The notes under the pieces were generated by a model. That model did not search any database and had not been told where the DNA came from. It saw nothing but the letters and a program-made list of their open reading frames with translations. A stretch of 59,532 nucleotides of DNA, the filler included, from Platydemus manokwari (lineage: Eukaryota): NCBI GenBank assembly GCA_037951405.1. It is 5 parts of 5 records of this genome, joined end to end, with 100 filler letters (N's around TTAATTAATTAA, not from the genome) between each part and the next. Parts side by side here need not be neighbours in the genome. Positions count along the whole stretch, not along the records: positions 49,309 to 59,532 come from JBBMOY011156771.1; 4 more parts are not named here. One strand, written 5' to 3'. Below, in pieces: positions 54,802 through 59,532 of this stretch. How positions within the stretch are numbered: the stretch's first letter is position 1; every line of letters begins with the position of its first letter. Position numbers and translations under genes: made by a program.

Positions 54802-57800
54802 CTCTAAAGATTCGTGTTAATAAAACGTTGCTCTAGATAATAATAAAATAAAATATTATTCACAGATTGCTCAATGGATCATTTTTAGCGAAATTATTAA
54901 ATAATACTTAATTTTGAAATTTACACTGCTTCGACAAAACATCAAATCCATATTTAATATTATCCTCAAAAGTTTCATCATACCATGGTGAAATATAGGA
55001 ATAAAATATAGAAATTCAATAAAAATGTTAAAAAATAAATAAAATATTTTAGAAAACCGCTCTACATAATGATATTATGTGCACAAGATCTCGATCTATG
55101 AAGAAATTATTAACTCCGTCAAAGGCAGAGATATCCGAAGTAAATTAATGAGAAACGAACAGTAGAACGATAAACAATAATACGAATATGAACTGCGGCC
55201 ATTTATATTAAGCGGTAGGCTCAGAAGTTGTTATGTGAATAGTTAATAAAGTCGAGAAAGTATTCCTTTAAGACAATTCGGATTGCTCAATTTACGGTGT
55301 ATTTAAGGTGCTTTGAAAAGGCTGTCATTAAAACAGCTGAAAGTACATATAGGAAAGTACTTATAGCATTCCAAGTTTATTTAAGCGTGGTATTTTGAAT
55401 AGCTTAATTAATTCCATTACATTCTTACAATAATAATAGTTTTTATTCAATATTAATAATAAAAATTTTCAACATTATTATCTTTGAAATGGTTGAATGA
55501 CAGCCAATTCTAAGAATGAGTGACTATCATATTATATGGTATTGATCCTATGAAAATTCTTTTTTCATAATAAATAATTCCGAAGAACGTGGATTTGTTA
55601 AGCATGGTAAATTTTCAAGGAAACATCAACCTTAAAAATTTGGAACTTTTTGTCTAGAAGCTTTACATGCATATCCAGCAACGACAACCAATTGATGACA
55701 ATCAGTGTATATCGAAGATTTCATTTTATCAATATCTATGTTTAGTTTTTAAATAAATGAATAATGGATACCTAAAGCAGTTTATAAACTACAATAAGTA
55801 CTGAAAATGATTCATCAATTTAAAAACGACCACTCTATCGACCATCAATTGTTTAACATCGATTATAACAACTGTGATATTTGGAAAGATGTTTGATTAT
55901 TTGAAAGAACTTTGTTCTCCACAATAAATTTCAAACAAAATATGGTAAACTAAATGACCAGCGGCACAGACGTTGAGTTTTAAAGACTTTTTGAACAAAA
56001 TCTTTAAGAAGGAGGAGATATGTGGAGTAAATATGAACATTGCACATAAAGTACGTTTTGATATCATGGAAATCTTGTTTTGACGCTTCACACATATATT
56101 TGAATACATAACTCTACTGATATAAACAATCAGCCAATCAAAAATAGATTGAAGATTCCAATTCGAAAAAGGACATAGCTAAATAACAATACACACATAG
56201 AGATTGACCAATCTTGGCGTTAGAAGATCGATAGTTAAAACTGGAATTGGAAAAATGAAATATTAAATTAAAATAAGCACAAATAACTTCAAGTATAATT
56301 AATAAGATAGGGATAACCTGGTGCTGGTCGTTAGCCAATCAGAATTGTAATTTTATTGGAATCAGTGTTCATAGTTGTTAAGTACTGAGTAGAACACCTG
56401 TTTTTGAGAACAGATATTTTGCATTTTCCATACTTTCTAATAAGCATAACAGTTCTTCACTGACTTTGATTGGGCGGTGAACGTGTTTGCATTACTGTGG
56501 GGTTTATGTGTCTTTAAATATTGACGTAGGGTTCCAAGGTGTCAAGGGTCGCTATTTGTACCTGAAAATCTTTCATGGTCGAAAATGTGGATTTTTAATT
56601 TTGGAGTAGAAAAATAAAATTTAAGTTATATTTTTCTATTTTAAATAAGTAATACATTTATCAAATTTTGTTGTGGTAGCAAAACAAATCAGAAGTAATC
56701 TCATCAATTAACTAGTTATGATATTTAATCCAATTCTCAATTCGAATCAAGATCAGACAGTTCAGTGAAAACTCACAATTCTAGTAAATTCAGACTCCTC
56801 CAGTGAACGACCTGGATATTGATATTTGAAAATCTGTTGTACTTATGACAGTTATTATTTGATTTGGTGTTTATTGATTTTATTTTCTGAGGATTGATCT
56901 TGTGAAATTTCTGATTTTATTGCTCAGTATTTTATTTTGATTCTTTAAATTGATTTTATTTTTTTTAGTTTAGAAAATTGTAAATTTTATAACATCTGTA
57001 AAGATAAATCAATGATGATTGCCAAATATAATAAAATTTATAACACGAAAAAATATCATAATAATATAAAAATATAGAAAATTCATGAAGGCTTACATAA
57101 AAAGTATTTTATTTTGTAGGCGAAATTGAAAATCAAAAATAATTATTAATAATGTAATCAGATTTGAAGATGAAGGCTAGGGCAATGGAAATGGATAAGA
57201 ATGATTAAAAAAATTTTCAATTAACAAGGCAAAAATACTGGACAAGTAGAAATCTGTGAAAATCGCTGAAAAATTCTGGCATTTGGAATATCATAAATTC
57301 AGTAAAATTGGCAAGTCTATCAGAAACTTGAGTTCATTGCCGAAACGAGCTATTGAAAATTTATAGACATTATAAGTAAAGAGAGATTTATTTAATCGTA
57401 TTTTTGTGGCGAAAAAACATTTTAAATTGTTTGATATCTAAAATCAATATTAACACACATGGCGTTCGCTATCTGAGATTAATTTCTTGAATACATTTTC
57501 TAATGTGTCTACTTGGTGAAAATTTGTGCTCATCTCATTTGAAGTAAATTTGTTGATTGACATTCTTGGAAAACGGTAATTAAGATAACAAAGCAAACAT
57601 ATTTTACATTTTGATAAATTATTGCTGACAGAATCAATATATGAATTTTTTCATAACATGTGTGTTTTGATTCCAAACTCAGTTGATAGTTTGGATTAGT
57701 TGATAAAATTGGAGATTGATTATAATAGCTCTGTTGAATTGACATCCCAATTAAAAAAATAGATAGGAAATCATATAGTAATTGTAGTGATAATTACAAT

Positions 57801-59139
57801 AAACGGCACAAGCCCAGTGAAAGAGTTTTTAGAAACGTTCATAGACACACACAAAAAAATCACAATTTGTATTATAAGAAGTATTTCAGAACATTATCTC
57901 CATAAGAAATTTTTCGATACAGTAAAAATAAGTACTGTGTATTTTAATGCTATTTATTACGGTAAGTTTTATTATCAATAAACAATTATAAAAATCAACA
58001 AAGAATTGATTAAATACAAAAAAATCATTTTAACATATCAATTATCAATATATTTGATATTTTGAAATTATTTTTTATGACGAAAACAGAAAATTATCTA
58101 TCAAAATATTCTCAAAACACCCATGATGAAATGCATGCCAAGAATAAATTATATTTTTCGCTTTAAACAATTGGCTCAGGACATCTTTTCAAAAAATAAA
58201 AATTTCTTAAAAAATCAATAAGTATATCAAAAATATATTTTTATAAAATCTAGTAATTATAAATTTAAAATATGAATTTCGAGGTGAGTTTATTTCTTCT
58301 GTCAAAAGATCCATCATTGAAGAACGTGAACTAATAAATCCTGTGAGAGCTACCATGATCAAATAAAAAAAATAATGTTTTACAAATTAGTGACCTGACT
58401 ATTTTTCTTCTAAATCTCCTTTATTTGTCGTTAGAAGAAAATCAGAGAGAAAATCGTATGGCCTTCCAATCTTTTATAATTTTAAGGCAGCAAATTTAAA
58501 ATTTATTGACCAGCGGCATCTTTTCAAGAATTAATGGATAGGGAAAATTTGAAAAATACACCATGTTTCGATGATATTTCTTTTAATAATTTGTATATTT
58601 TGAAGCTCGTATCAGAGAATCAATTTATATTGTGTTATTGACAAAAATATTTTTCAGTAAAAAATAATATTTAAGTGACATAGCGCCATATATATATATT
58701 GATATATCAGACGTAATGAAAATAAATTGATTTCCGTTTGGTAACATTAATTTCTACTTTGAAATATAATTACACTTGAAGCTTAAGGCTGTATTTGTTG
58801 TTTTAATTTTAAATTATATAAAATAGAATTGAAATGTTTGTTTAAATGCTATTTATAACAAATATTGTGACAAAAACATTCAAAAAATTTTCTGATTATT
58901 TTATTTTTGTTTCAATATAAACGGTTTCGTAAAATTGAATAATTACGAGAAAGTCTGCAAAATTTTATGAAATTAGATAACTTTCCAATGATTAAAAGCA
59001 TTGTTCCAGGTGGACCATAAATTTGAAAGACTAATTGTGATAAAATCGGATTAGAGTTGGATTTCAAAATTTGATACACATTATTTTATTTATCGCTATA
59101 ATATAATTTTTTATGTTTTCGATTTTAATTATTAAATAT

Positions 59140-59352
59140 TGTTGAGTGAGATGAAATTCTATAAAAATAAAAACGGATTTTCACCTTGGAACCCTTGTAT
59201 AATCATTTTAAACATTTGCATATCGACACAACCATACAGCCATAGCAATCAGCCAATTATAGTGAAATTAGATGGTAAGCGTACACAAGCAAATACAATA
59301 TCAACCTTCTATTTTGTAGTCAGAGCCTAATTAATTATTTGAAGACCCAACA
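59140..59352 (+). mobile_element. Internally deleted solo LTR, TSD ATAT
   Basis: TGTTGAG...CCCAACA with ATAT on both sides. U3 block homologous to 4758-4880. Confidence 0.7.
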
Positions 59353-59532
59353 ATATTCTAAAATATTCAACAGAAAGTAATGATAATATAAAATCATTGG
59401 ACAAAAAAATAAAGCAGAACACTAAAAAAGTTAACTGTTTGAACGTAGTATGTATATAATCTCCAAGTTATTCTTAGTATGATAATATTTTTTGAAAACA
59501 ATTAAAATTATTTTAATTTTATATATTATTAA

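Noticed and set aside
3761-59330. Remaining 60-110-aa ORFs in the track
   Set aside because: Low-complexity I/L/F/K/N-rich translations, often with non-ATG starts, as expected in AT-rich DNA or within LTR/MITE relics.

Overview
Very AT-rich eukaryotic scaffold. By inference it is a planarian-type flatworm: ATT microsatellites, candidate 50-60 nt introns and a NeSL-clade retroelement. It consists of five contigs joined by artificial 100-bp N/TTAATTAATTAA/N linkers. Supported host genes are an intronless RASD/Rhes-like GTPase (+, 3132-4004), the SNARE plus transmembrane exon of a Qa syntaxin (-, 13337-13695) and a minus-strand terminal exon missed by the ORF track (15229-15449). That exon encodes what looks like a neuropeptide prohormone with two internally repeated amidated peptides (QGWFSSY-GKR and QMWDSGF-GK-stop) that I cannot assign to a known family. 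Candidate upstream minus-strand exons at about 28.5-31.1 kb resemble a syntaxin Habc region but contain stops. The remainder is mostly decayed mobile DNA: TGTTG...CAACA solo LTRs with 4-bp TSDs, hAT MITEs with 8-bp TSDs, a DUF4817-type Tc1/mariner fragment, and an RT-deleted NeSL-like non-LTR element carrying a Ulp1 protease and a restriction-like endonuclease. Most short ORFs in the track are spurious.
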